Shown here in pieces: positions 48,119 through 58,900 of a stretch of DNA of 64,000 bases. Position numbers and translations under genes: made by a program. Position 1 is the stretch's first letter. Every line of letters starts with the position of its first letter. The DNA is from Raja brachyura. Taxonomy: Eukaryota. The notes beneath the pieces are model-generated. The model was not told where the DNA came from and did no database searches. It saw nothing but the letters and a program-made list of their open reading frames with translations. The DNA is taken from positions 17,422,001 to 17,486,000 of the forward strand of contig OY740797.1 in the NCBI GenBank assembly GCA_963514005.1. The letters are read 5' to 3'.

Positions 48119-49738
48119 CAGTGCCCTCCATAATGTTTGGGACAAAGACCCATCATTTATTGATTTGCCTCTGTACTCCACAATTTGAGATTTGTAATAA
48201 AAAAAATCACATGTGGTTAAAGTGCGCATTGTCAGATTTTATTAAAGGGTATTTTTATACATTTTGGTTTCACCATGTAGAAATTACAGCTGTGTTTATA
48301 CATAGTCCCCCCCATTTCAGGGCACCACAATGTCTGGGACACATGGCTTCACAGGCATTTGTAATTGCTCAGATGTGTTTAATTGCCTCCTTAATGTAAG
48401 TAAGAGAATTCCCAGCACCTAGTCTTTCCTCCAGTCTTTCCACCGCCTTTGGAAACTTTTATTGCTGTTTGTCAACATGAGGATCAAAGTTGTGCCAATG
48501 AATGTCAAAGAAGCCATTATGAGACTGAGAAACAAGAATAAAACTGTTAGAGACATCAGTCAAATCTTAGGCTTACCAAAATCAACAGTTTGGAACTTCA
48601 TTAAGAAGTAAGAGAACACTAGTGAGCTTACTAATCGCAAACGGACTGGCAGGCCAAGGAAGACCTCCACAATTGATGACAGAAGAATTCTCTCTTTAAT
48701 TTTAAAAAATCCCCAAACATCTGTCCGACAGATCAGAAACACTCTTCAGGAGTCGCGTGTGGATTTGTCAATGACCACTGTCCACAGAAGACTTCATGAA
48801 CAGCAATACAGAGGCTACACTGCAAGATGAGAACTACTGGTTAGCCGCAAAAATGGGATGGCCGGGTTACAGTTTGCCAAGAAGTACTTAAAAGAGCAAC
48901 CACAATTCTGGAAAAAGGTCTTGTGGACAGATGAGACGGACATTAACTTATATCAGAGTGATGGCAAGAGCAAAGTATGGAGGAGAGAAGGAACTGCCCA
49001 AGATCCAAAGTATACCACCTCATCTGTGAAACACGGTGGTGGGGGCATTATGGTCTGTGCATGTATGGCTGCTGAAGGTACTGGCTGTTGATGGTAGTAG
49101 CATAATGAATTCTGAAGTGTATAGACACATCCTATCTGTTCAAGTTCAAACAAATGCCTAAAAACTCATTGGCCGGCATTTCATTCTACAGCAAGATAAT
49201 GATCCCAAACATACTGCTAAAGCAACAAAGGAGTTTTTCAAAGCTAAAAAATGGTCCTTGAGTTGTCAAGTCAATCACCCGATCTGAACCCAATTGAGCA
49301 TGCCTTTTATATGCTGAAGAGATAACTGAAGGAGACTAGCTCCCAAAACAAGCATAAGCTAATGATGTCTGCAATACAGGCCTGGCAGAGCATCACCAGA
49401 GAAGACACCCAGCAACTGGTGATGTCCATGAATTGAAGTCTTCAAACAGTCATTGCATGCAAAGGATTTGAAACAAAATACTAATGATGACTACTTTCAT
49501 TTACATGACATTGCTGTGTCTCAAACATTATGGTGCCCTGAAATGGGAGGACTATGTATAAATACTGCTGTAATTTCTACATGGTGATACCAATATATAT
49601 ATAAATGCCTTTATTAACATCTAGCAATGTACACTTTAACCACATGTGATTTTTTTCGACTACAAATGTCAAATTGTGGAGTACAGAGGCAAATAAATAA
49701 ATGAAGGGTCTTTGTCCCAAACATTATGGAGGGCACTG
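48119..49738 (+). mobile_element. Tc1-family DNA transposon (1620 bp) with decayed transposase
   Basis: TA|CAGTGCCCTCCATAATGTTTGGGACAAAGACCC ... GGGTCTTTGTCCCAAACATTATGGAGGGCACTG|TA, with ~220-bp TIRs. Confidence 0.95.
48478..49483 (+). pseudogene. Tc1 transposase pseudogene
   Basis: Remnant motifs TGRPRKT, KVLWTDE, VKHGGG, QQDNDPKH and SPDLNPIEH (DDE triad), interrupted by several stops and indels. Confidence 0.85.
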
Positions 49739-49984
49739 TACATTAAGCCAAATAAGTTCAAATAAATTACCAAATGATTTTAAAAAAACCTCAGTTCTCC
49801 CAGCCCACCCCAAACATTGTGGAGGGCAGTGTACATCCTTTGATTGATAGTGCAAAATATGCCAAGTTATCGTGATCACTCTGTTCAAAAAATGTACTTC
49901 AAAGCAGTTGTGTTAAGGAATAGGACAAAAATGTTGTTGGCTTATAACCAAGTGGAAATGTCCAAAATAACCAATATACCCCAC

Positions 49985-50545
49985 CGGAGTCTATCGATGA
50001 TTCATCCATCTATTTCAACCAGGGCTCCTGCAATTTCTTCTCTCGCCTCCCACAGTGTCCTCGGATATATCTGATCAGGCTCAGGAGATTTATCCACATT
50101 CATATGTCTTAGGACGTCGAGCACCTCCTCGACTGTAATACAGGGTGTTCTCAAGACATCTCCATTAACTGTTTCAGGCTCCCCAAACTTCATGACTTTT
50201 TCCACAGTAAAACAGAAGAGAAAAAGTCATTGAGGACCTTGCCCGTCTCCTGTGGCTCCACATGGAGATGACCGTTTTGGTTTCTGAGGGGTCCTATTCT
50301 CTCTCTAGTTATCGTCTTTCCCATAAAATACATAAAATCTCTTTGGATTTTCTTTTAATATTATCTGGCTGAGCTATCTCCTACATCCTTTATGCATTGA
50401 TTTCCTTCTTAAGCATCCTCCACAGTTTCCGAAACTCCTCCAGGGATACACTTGATCTCAGCTGCCTATACCTGTCCCATGCCTCCATTTTCCTGACCAG
50501 AGCTTCAATTTCTCATCACCCAGGCTTCCCTACTGCGATGCCCTT
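49985..50545 (-). mobile_element. CR1-type LINE ORF2 fragment
   Basis: ORF 50002..50205 (-) has EEVLDVLRHMNVDKSPEPDQIYPRTLWEAREEIAGAL, the typical KSPGPD.IYPR.L.E region. Confidence 0.8.
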
Positions 50546-51260
50546 TGTTCTAACAATCTCTGTGAAAGATTAGGTGAATGCCTTCCTCTGCACCAGTACT
50601 GTTGATGCTTTCATTTTCAGACACCTGTGTGTCTGCAAGTGATTTGGTAAAAATATTTCTCAGCTTTCAAAGATCCAGGACTAAATAGAGAAATATGTGT
50701 TTTCAGTTTTTTTGACTGAAAGCTGAAGAGGGTGCTGGAAATCTGAAATAAAAACAGAAAATATGGAAAAAATTCAGCACGCCAAGCACACTGTGGAAGG
50801 AGATTCAAGGTTAATGATTCAGATCAAAGACCCTTGATCAGAATTGATATTAACTCTGCTGCACTTTCCACATATTTACTGTATGCTGCCTGACTTGCTG
50901 AGTTTTTCCAGTGTGTTCTGTTTTTATTTCAAAACCTGCAGATTGATCTGAGAGGCTGACGTTTATCACCAGAAAAAAGTACTGTCCAGAATAAGGAGAA
51001 TAATTTTCAATGTGTAGGAAGGAACTGCAGATGCTGGTTTAAATCGAAGATAGACGCAAAACGCTGGAGTAACTCAGCGGGACAGGCAGCATCTCTAGAG
51101 ACAAGGAATGGGCAACGTTTCGGGTCGAGACCCTTCTTCAGACTGCTGTCAGGAGAGTGGGAGGTATATAGATAAGCAATTGTATAGATAAGGAAGTGTA
51201 AGGTGTGAAAACAGGTCAAGGGAATAGAGATCAAGGATAATGTAGAATAGATCATTGGGT

Positions 51261-54200
51261 CATAGATCATGCACCATTAACATTTAAGATAAAATTAAAA
51301 GATATATTTAATAAAACTACGACTTGGAGATTTAATCCCCAGATGCTGAAGGACAAGGATTGTTGTAGCCATGTGACAGAACAGATTAAATTATTCTTTG
51401 AGACAAATGACACACCTGAAATTTCACCACTGTTACTTTGGGATACATTTAAATGTGCGATAATATCGGCACAAGCATATTTTAATAAAGAAAATCGAAA
51501 GATGGAACAGAAGTTAGAAATGGAGATAAAACAACTAGACAATGAAAATATAAAACATCCTTCTAAGGAGTTAAGTAATAAAATTGCAATAGCAAAATAT
51601 AGACTAAATAAAATATACTCTAACCAAGTCATTAAACTTTTTCAACAAACCAAACAAGTGCATTTTGAATTTGGTGATAAACCGCAAAAATTGCTAGCAC
51701 GACAATTAAGAAAATTAGATGATGAAAAAATGATACATGGAATTAGATCTCTGCAAGGAAACATATTGACCATACCAAAAGACATTAATGACAGATTTTT
51801 ACAATATTACCAAAATCTTTACTCATCAAAAGTAACAGGACAAACAGATGGAATGGAAACATTTTTACAAGAATGTCAAATTAATAGTTTAGATCAGGAA
51901 GGTAGACACTTGTTAAATGCTGAAATATCAGTGAAAGATATCGTAGAATCAATTGGTTCATTAAAGAACGGAAAAGCTGCGGGCCCCAACGGCCTGAGTG
52001 CAGAATTTTATAAAAAATTTCAAGATCTGATCTCCCCAAGACTACATACAGTGTATAGATATGCATATGAACAAGGAAAATTACCAGAATCTTTAAATGA
52101 ATCCACAATCACACTCATTCCTAAGGTAGATAACGATTTGGAAGATCCTGGTTCATATAGAGCGATTGCCCTTCTAAATACAGACCAAAAAATATTAACT
52201 AAAGTTTTATCTCGGAGACTAAGTCTGGTGATTTCTAAATTAATACATCATGATCAGACAGGTTTTATTCCAAAACGCTACTCATTTCATAATCTAAGAC
52301 GCCTGTTTAATATTATATATTCTAAAAGAATACGAGATACGGAATTAGCAGTCATATCGTTAGACGCAGAAAAAGCATTTGATCAGGTGGAATGGTTATA
52401 TTTATTTAATATAATGGAAAAGTTTCAATTGGGGGATCGATTTTGTAAATGGGTAAGAATCCTATACTCGGATCCTACTGCAAGAATTCTAACTAATCAA
52501 ATACTATCAGCTAAATTTAAACTCTTTAGGGGATGCAGACAGGGATGTCCGTTATCGCCTTTATTATTTGCCTTGGCGATAGAGCCTTTGGCGGAAAGAA
52601 TTAGATCTAAACCTGAAATATATGGTTATAATACTGATACAACAATTAACAAAATATCCTTATATGCAGATGATGTTTTGATTTATATCACAAAACCTGA
52701 AATTAGAATTCCAACGTTGTTTGATGTTATAAATAAATTTAGTGCATTTTCTGGATATAGGATTAATTGGAATAAAAGTGATATTATGCCTATAACTAAA
52801 ATAAATTTAAACATATTACAACAATACCCATTAAAAATAGTTACAGACAAATTTAAATACTTAGGAATTAATGTATCTAAATCCCATAATTCATTAATTA
52901 GATCTAATTATCCTCAATTATTAGATAAACTTAGAAAAAATATTTTATATTGGAAAACACTTCCTATATCTTTGATTGGTAGAATAAATGCTATAAAGAT
53001 GGTTTTTCTACCACAAATGTTATATCTGTTTGAAGCTTTCCCTTTTTTCCTTCCGAAAACCTTTTTTTAAAAAATTGATAATATTGTTAATAGTTTTATC
53101 TGGGATTATAAAAATCATAGAATAAGTAAAAAACATTTATGTAAGTCAAAGATAAATGGAGGGTTAGCACTTCCAAATTTTTTATACTATTTCTGGGCAG
53201 TACAGATTAAGAATATGAATTTTTGGTGGGTAAATACGGACCTGGAACCAACGTGGTTAAAGATAGAAAAGGAAGATTGTTTGCCTTTTAACGTAGACTC
53301 AATTATTTTTGCCCCAAAGGAAGTGCAAAAAAAAATTTATAGGGACAATCCTATCATTTATAATAATAGACGTATTTGGAAACAAATAGTCAAGACTTTA
53401 CATTTAGATAATCTCTCATTTAGACTACCAATTATGAATAACCCATTATTTAAGCCCTCCACATTGGATGGGGGGTTTAGACATTGGGATAATTTAGGAA
53501 TTACAAGGGTAGAGCACCTTTATAGAAATGGAAAATTTCTTTCATTTCAGGAGTTACAAGATATCTACGGATTGTCTTCACAACATTTGTTTAGGTATTT
53601 TCAAATTAGAGATTATATTAAATCTAATACACAGGATTTTAAAAATAAAGAACCAGGATTATTAGATGAATTGTTTAACTTGCACCCAACCACAGAAAAA
53701 TTAATAGCTTATATATATAACATCATTATGGATAAGGAGAATCCAATAACTGAAACATATCGTCAAGCATGGGAAAATGAAATTGGATCACCTATAACCA
53801 AAGAAAATTGGGATGAAAGTTTACAACGAATACATCGGTGCTCGTTAAATGCTAGACATACATTAATACAATTTAAAGTATTATACAGATTACATTATTC
53901 GAAAACTAAATTAAATAGTATATTTCCTAATCTCTCCTCTATTTGTGATAAATGTAAGAATTTAGAAGCAAATTTAACACACAGTTTTGTTACATGTCCT
54001 AAATTGAATTATTATTAGACAGAAATTTTTAAAGTTATTTCTGAAGTTCTTAAAGTTCAACTAGACCCTGACCCAAAGTTAATAATATTGGGAATTCCTG
54101 AGTCTAATTTGATATTTACATTGGATCAAAGAAATTTCCTTGATTATTGTTTGATATTAGGGAAAAAAATAATATTGAAATTTTGGAAGGGAACATTATC

Positions 54201-54758
54201 CCCAACAATTAAAATGTGGGCATCAGAGATGTTGGAGACATTAAACTTGGAAAGAATTAGATTTGTCCTTCTGGACAAGTATAATTCTTTTGAACAGATA
54301 TGGTCTCCATATATACAGTATTTAGAGAAGTAGCTGTTCTTGGCATCACGGCTCGACGGGCACCCTGCGGGATTTGATGAAAATAATTCATTTGTATACT
54401 AGGATATATGCATGTCTCTATTGATATTATTATTTATAGTTGTTTTATTTACAATATATAGTGTGGTTTTTCAATTATATATACATATAATATATATTTT
54501 TTTTTTAATTTCTCACTTTTTTGGTCTTTTTTTCTTTTTCTTCATTTTCTTTTTTCTCTTATACCAACTAATTATTACGGAATTATAATTTTATTGATTA
54601 ATAATGGTATTTTTCTTTACTCACTTTTATTTTCAAAAAAATATAAGATAATAATCATTAGTGTGTTATGTACAAACATTGAATTAAGTTGATGTTTATA
54701 ATTCAGTTTTAAACATTGAAAATTGGTTATCGCTAATAAAAAAATTATTTTAAAAAAA
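51261..54758 (+). mobile_element. 5'-truncated L1-clade LINE (about 3.5 kb) with poly(A) tail and 17-bp TSD
   Basis: TSD AGAATAGATCATTGGGT at 51244-51260 and 54759-54775; AATAAA at 54735; A-rich tail; ORF2 remnant. Confidence 0.95.
51262..54333 (+). pseudogene. L1 ORF2 (end of endonuclease, RT, C-terminal Cys/His domain) with two in-frame stops
   Basis: One frame throughout: DHAPL..WRFN, SLDAEKAFD, RQGCPLSP, YADD, KYLG, CDKC..H....C. Premature TAA at 53068-53070 and TAG at 54016-54018. Confidence 0.9.
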
Positions 54759-54772
54759 AGAATAGATCATTG

Positions 54773-54875
54773 GGTTACACAAGAAGCTGGAGAAACTCAG
54801 CGGGTGCAGCAGCATCTAAGGAGCGAAGGAGATAGGTGACGTTTCGGGTCGAGACCCTTCTTCAGACTGGTCAGG
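54773..54875 (-). mobile_element. 103-bp Penelope-type mini-insertion containing a hammerhead-like core
   Basis: Flanked by GATCATTG (54765-54772, 54876-54883). Minus strand has CTGAAGAAGGGTCTCGACCCGAAACGTC (54865-54838). Same 3' end (GTGTAACC) as the insert at 8298-8385. Confidence 0.75.
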
Positions 54876-55253
54876 GATCATTGTTAGTTGGGAGAAGGTA
54901 ACAACAAAGCAAACAGAGATATAATGTAGTTGGAGACAGTGAGACTGGTTGGAGAACTGGGAAGGGGGGGGGGTGGAGGGAGAGGGGAAGCAAGGGTTAC
55001 TTAAGAAGTTAGAGAAGTAAATGTTCATACCGCTGGGGTGTAAGCTGCCCAAGCTAAATATATGAGGTGCTGTTCCCCCAATTTGCACTGGGCCTCACTT
55101 TGACAATGGAGGAGGCCCGGGACAGAAAGGTCACTGTGGGAATTGGAGGGGTGTTAAAGTGTTTAGCAACCGGTTAACTGGAAAAAACAATTTTCAATAT
55201 TGCTGATGCTGTTTTTTCCCCTGTGTCTGTCTGTCTGTCTCTCTCTGTTTCAG

Positions 55254-55441
55254 GACCTAGCATGTTCGCTGAAGCTGTTTCTTATATTCAGACCCAATAT
55301 GAGAGCAAGAACAAGTCCGTGAGCAAAGAGGTCTACACGCACATCACCTGTGCAACCGACACCAATAACATCCAGTTTGTTTTTGATGCAGTAACCGATG
55401 TGATTATTGCTAACAATCTGCGAGGGTGCGGACTGTACTAG
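55254..55441 (+). CDS. GNAO1: G protein alpha-o, terminal coding exon 8B (Go2/GoB C-terminus)
   Basis: CTGTCTGTCTCTCTCTGTTTCAG acceptor. Encodes (G)[61 protein letters not shown], with the G5 box TCAT and the pertussis-toxin target Cys at -4. Confidence 0.96.
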
Positions 55442-55721
55442 AATCATCGGATGCAAGAGGATGGCATTTTTGCAGACAGTTTTACCACTGGTTTTACCAT
55501 AGAAGAAAACAGAGCAGCCTATTTTCAAAATCAACATGCAGAGAGAACGGAATTGGACAGGTTTTATCGTCACTTGCACTCATGTGTCAGGGAGCGAGAT
55601 ACATAACCCTTAAGGCACAGTTATACTGCTACTTCTGCATTGATGCTGTAGGTGCCCTTCAGTGCCAAAGTAGTGGTATAACTCATGAGACCACTGATAG
55701 CAGAGGAACCTGGAAGTGGGA

Positions 55722-55935
55722 GGAGACACAAGGAACTGCATATGTTGGAATCGAGCAAAAAAACAAAGTGCTGAAAAAACTGAGGTCATGCAACATCTGT
55801 GGAGGGAAATTATAGACAGTGTTTCGGGTCGAGGTCCTTCTTCAGACTGAAGAAGGATCATGACCTGAAACATTGTCTGTCCATTTCCCTCCACAGATGC
55901 TGCCTGACTTACTGAGTTCCTGCAGCACTTTGTCG
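55722..55935. repeat. Older palindromic Penelope-type repeat in the exon 8B 3' UTR region
   Basis: Centre TGTTTCGGGTCGAGGTCCTTCTTCAG-A-CTGAAGAAGGATCATGACCTGAAACA; arms CATCTGTGGAGGGAAAT / ATTTCCCTCCACAGATG. Confidence 0.65.
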
Positions 55936-58900
55936 TTTGGAACCGGGAGGGTGCCTCTCATTTTAGTTGGCTCCTGCATTGAGTGCCATATATTGTTTGC
56001 TTAGTGGTGCTGGCCCATTCATTCATACATAAGCATTCACATTTTTATCAATGTACACATGTATACTCAGGTATACATACTTGGCACCAATACATGAAAC
56101 ACACACATACAGATGCATGCACGCACACACAGATGCGGATTGCATCCTTGTAAATTGTTCTTTGCTGTCAGTTTTGGCGGTTTCACTCTCTCCTTTGCGT
56201 GTTGTCATGGTGCTTTCAGTTCAAACACATTTATCCTTGCGTTAACTTTACCTGAAATGTTCATCATTTTAATTATGTAAATTTCAGAATTAAGAACTAC
56301 ACTGCTCACTCACTTCTCAATTTGATGGACAAGCTGCTTATTTCACATTTTTGGTGCGACTGCTAAAACTAAAATTGTGATTTAGTCAGAAAGATATTGC
56401 TGAGGAAATGGCGAATGATTATCTGGCTCATGCTGGGATTACAAGTAGGCTGGGCTTTGTCAAAACACTACTGACTAGTTGTGTGTTGTCTGGTCCATGA
56501 GGATTCATGTTATCTAATCTTGTGGACCTGTGTTGACTCGCTTGTCTGTCCGACAAGTGAGGAGCCATATCATCGGCTTCATGCAGACCTGTATTATCGG
56601 GTCAGAAGGAATCACAAAAAGGTTTTATGGCTCAACGAAACAAGCAAAATCAGTACTGGGGCCATGTGTTAATGTATGTTCAAGTGTCTGCCTTCCTTGG
56701 GGTTCACGATTACAGCCAAAGACTTAGGGTCCAGTATTTGAAAATATTTATTGTACCTGTCATGGTTGGTCAGTTGTTCACTTTCAAGAACTTCGGTAGG
56801 AAAACCTGAGAGGTAATTGAGTCCATTATATCTGCACCAGCTCTTAGAAAGAGCAAGACGTGCAGATTATTTTTTGCCAATTAATCAAACTGCCAAAATT
56901 TTAACGATGATCCTTTTAAACATTCCATAATTCTAACTGTGTAAATAGTGTGCTTTCCCTGCATGTGAGAGGAGATTCATTAATGCTTCATCCTTAATTA
57001 GAAGTCACATTATATCTTAAAAGTCACAATGTATATTAGAGACTACAAAAAAGAATATCAGGATGACTTAAATCAAAATTATTTAACAGAATTAAAGTAA
57101 AATAACTTTATTTCTGCCCCATTTAATGATGTGTTTGTCCTTTCAAAATAAGCTGTTTTTGGAAGATTTATTATTACATTGAGTTTTCCTGCAGTGTTCC
57201 TCCCTCTCCCCAGGCACAGGACAAGTACTTTGTGGAAGAACTCCAAAACCATAAATAGCATGTTTACATTCTGATTGCATGGAAGAGTCTGGGCTATTAA
57301 TTGCTTGTGGGATAGATAGGTGCAGAATTCACTTTCTTGGGTGTTTTTCACAACAGTTGAGTCACAGTCTGGCTATTTAAACAATTAACAGGACTCAACT
57401 CAAAGCTTCAGTGGAAGATTTTGGCATGGAAGTGGCAATAAGTGTTTATTTACATTCGGGACTGAATCAAGGGATATGGGGAGAAAGCAGGAACGGGGTA
57501 CTGATTTTGGATTATCAGCCATGATCATATTGAATGCCGGTGCTGGCTTGAACACTCCTACACATATTTTCTATGTTTCTATTTTTCTATATTGAGTTTT
57601 CTATATTGAGTTATCCCATTTGAGTGATGCAGATAATTGCAGTGGGTGTTCATTTATTCACCCAACAAGGTGAGGCTTAGCATACCACACAAGTTCTCAA
57701 CTAGCTACCAGTAGGATCAGTGTCTCTGAATCTAACAATGTTTCAGAGAAGGTGATAGAATAATCTTTGGTCCTCCAAGATTCCAAAGGCCTTAGTTGTT
57801 CACACCCCCCTGACAACATATGCAATATTTTTTTTAAATTTCAAAATAGACTTTATTCAATTAATAAATATATTCAATACAGGAACTGTGCTAAAAAAAT
57901 CATCCGACATTCTCGGAGGTTATACAAACATTCCATACTGTTTACACAAATTACACAAATGTATCCCCCACCCTTGCCACTCATGTAGTCCACTGGCGTG
58001 GAATCCCTTCCCTTATTTTTGAGGGGCATCTCCACCACACCATATGCAATCACAACAATAGGTGGTAGCAAATAACCAACGTGAGCATTAGAGAACGATT
58101 CAGCAGATTCTGCTCCTGATATTTTAATCTCCTCTTAGAGAATCATTAAGGCTTCGTCCCTTTTACCCACATTGTCAGAGAGTTAACTTTTCTTCTCATA
58201 GAAAAGCTTTACCGTGCTTTCCAACTCCTGGACCAGTGCTTTGGCTGCAACAGCATCTAAAAGCAGGGGTAGTTTCTGGCAATAAGTTATAGACTTCCTC
58301 CCTCCCAAATTCCATCCCCCACATGCACACACACCTATCCTTTAGCTGAAAGTAATAATTACCTTAAATCTCTACACCTTGACTTTTCAGAGAAATTGGC
58401 TTCTATTGTAATTCTATACACCCCAACAAACTCTCTCTTCAGCTTCCTCTGTGCCAAAGAAAACAGTTCCCACCTGATCCTCCCTGAAATTCTGCAGTTT
58501 AGGTAAAAATCTCCATTGTTAATTTCTGTACTCTCTTTAAAGGTGTAACATCTATTTAATAATATGGCCACTGGAGCCATGTACAATACTGTAATGTGAC
58601 CCAACCACGCCTTTTTGTACTGTTCTGCCACAACCTCAATATCTTTCTTAACCACTTCATCCATTTGTCTTGCCACCTTCAGGGAATTGTGAACATGTAG
58701 ACAAAGGTCCTATTACTCTATCCTACACAAATGTAATGCCTTATAATTCTCCGTATTAACACGTCTTTGCCATTTTTCTTCTCACCTAACCAGTTTGTTG
58801 ACAATTTCCTGCAGCGTTAAGCTTTTCTCCTGCACATCAACCACATGCCTATTATTTTCAATATTATTTTCTTACTCATTTCTTGTTTTTGTTTCCCAGT

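Larger units (their letters stand above)
51010..55172 (-). mobile_element. Penelope-like element fragment split by two later insertions (pieces 51010-51257 and 54876-55172)
   Basis: The sequence resumes seamlessly across GATCATTG|TTAG. The terminal-repeat unit has an intact hammerhead-like core at 51114-51141. Confidence 0.7.
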
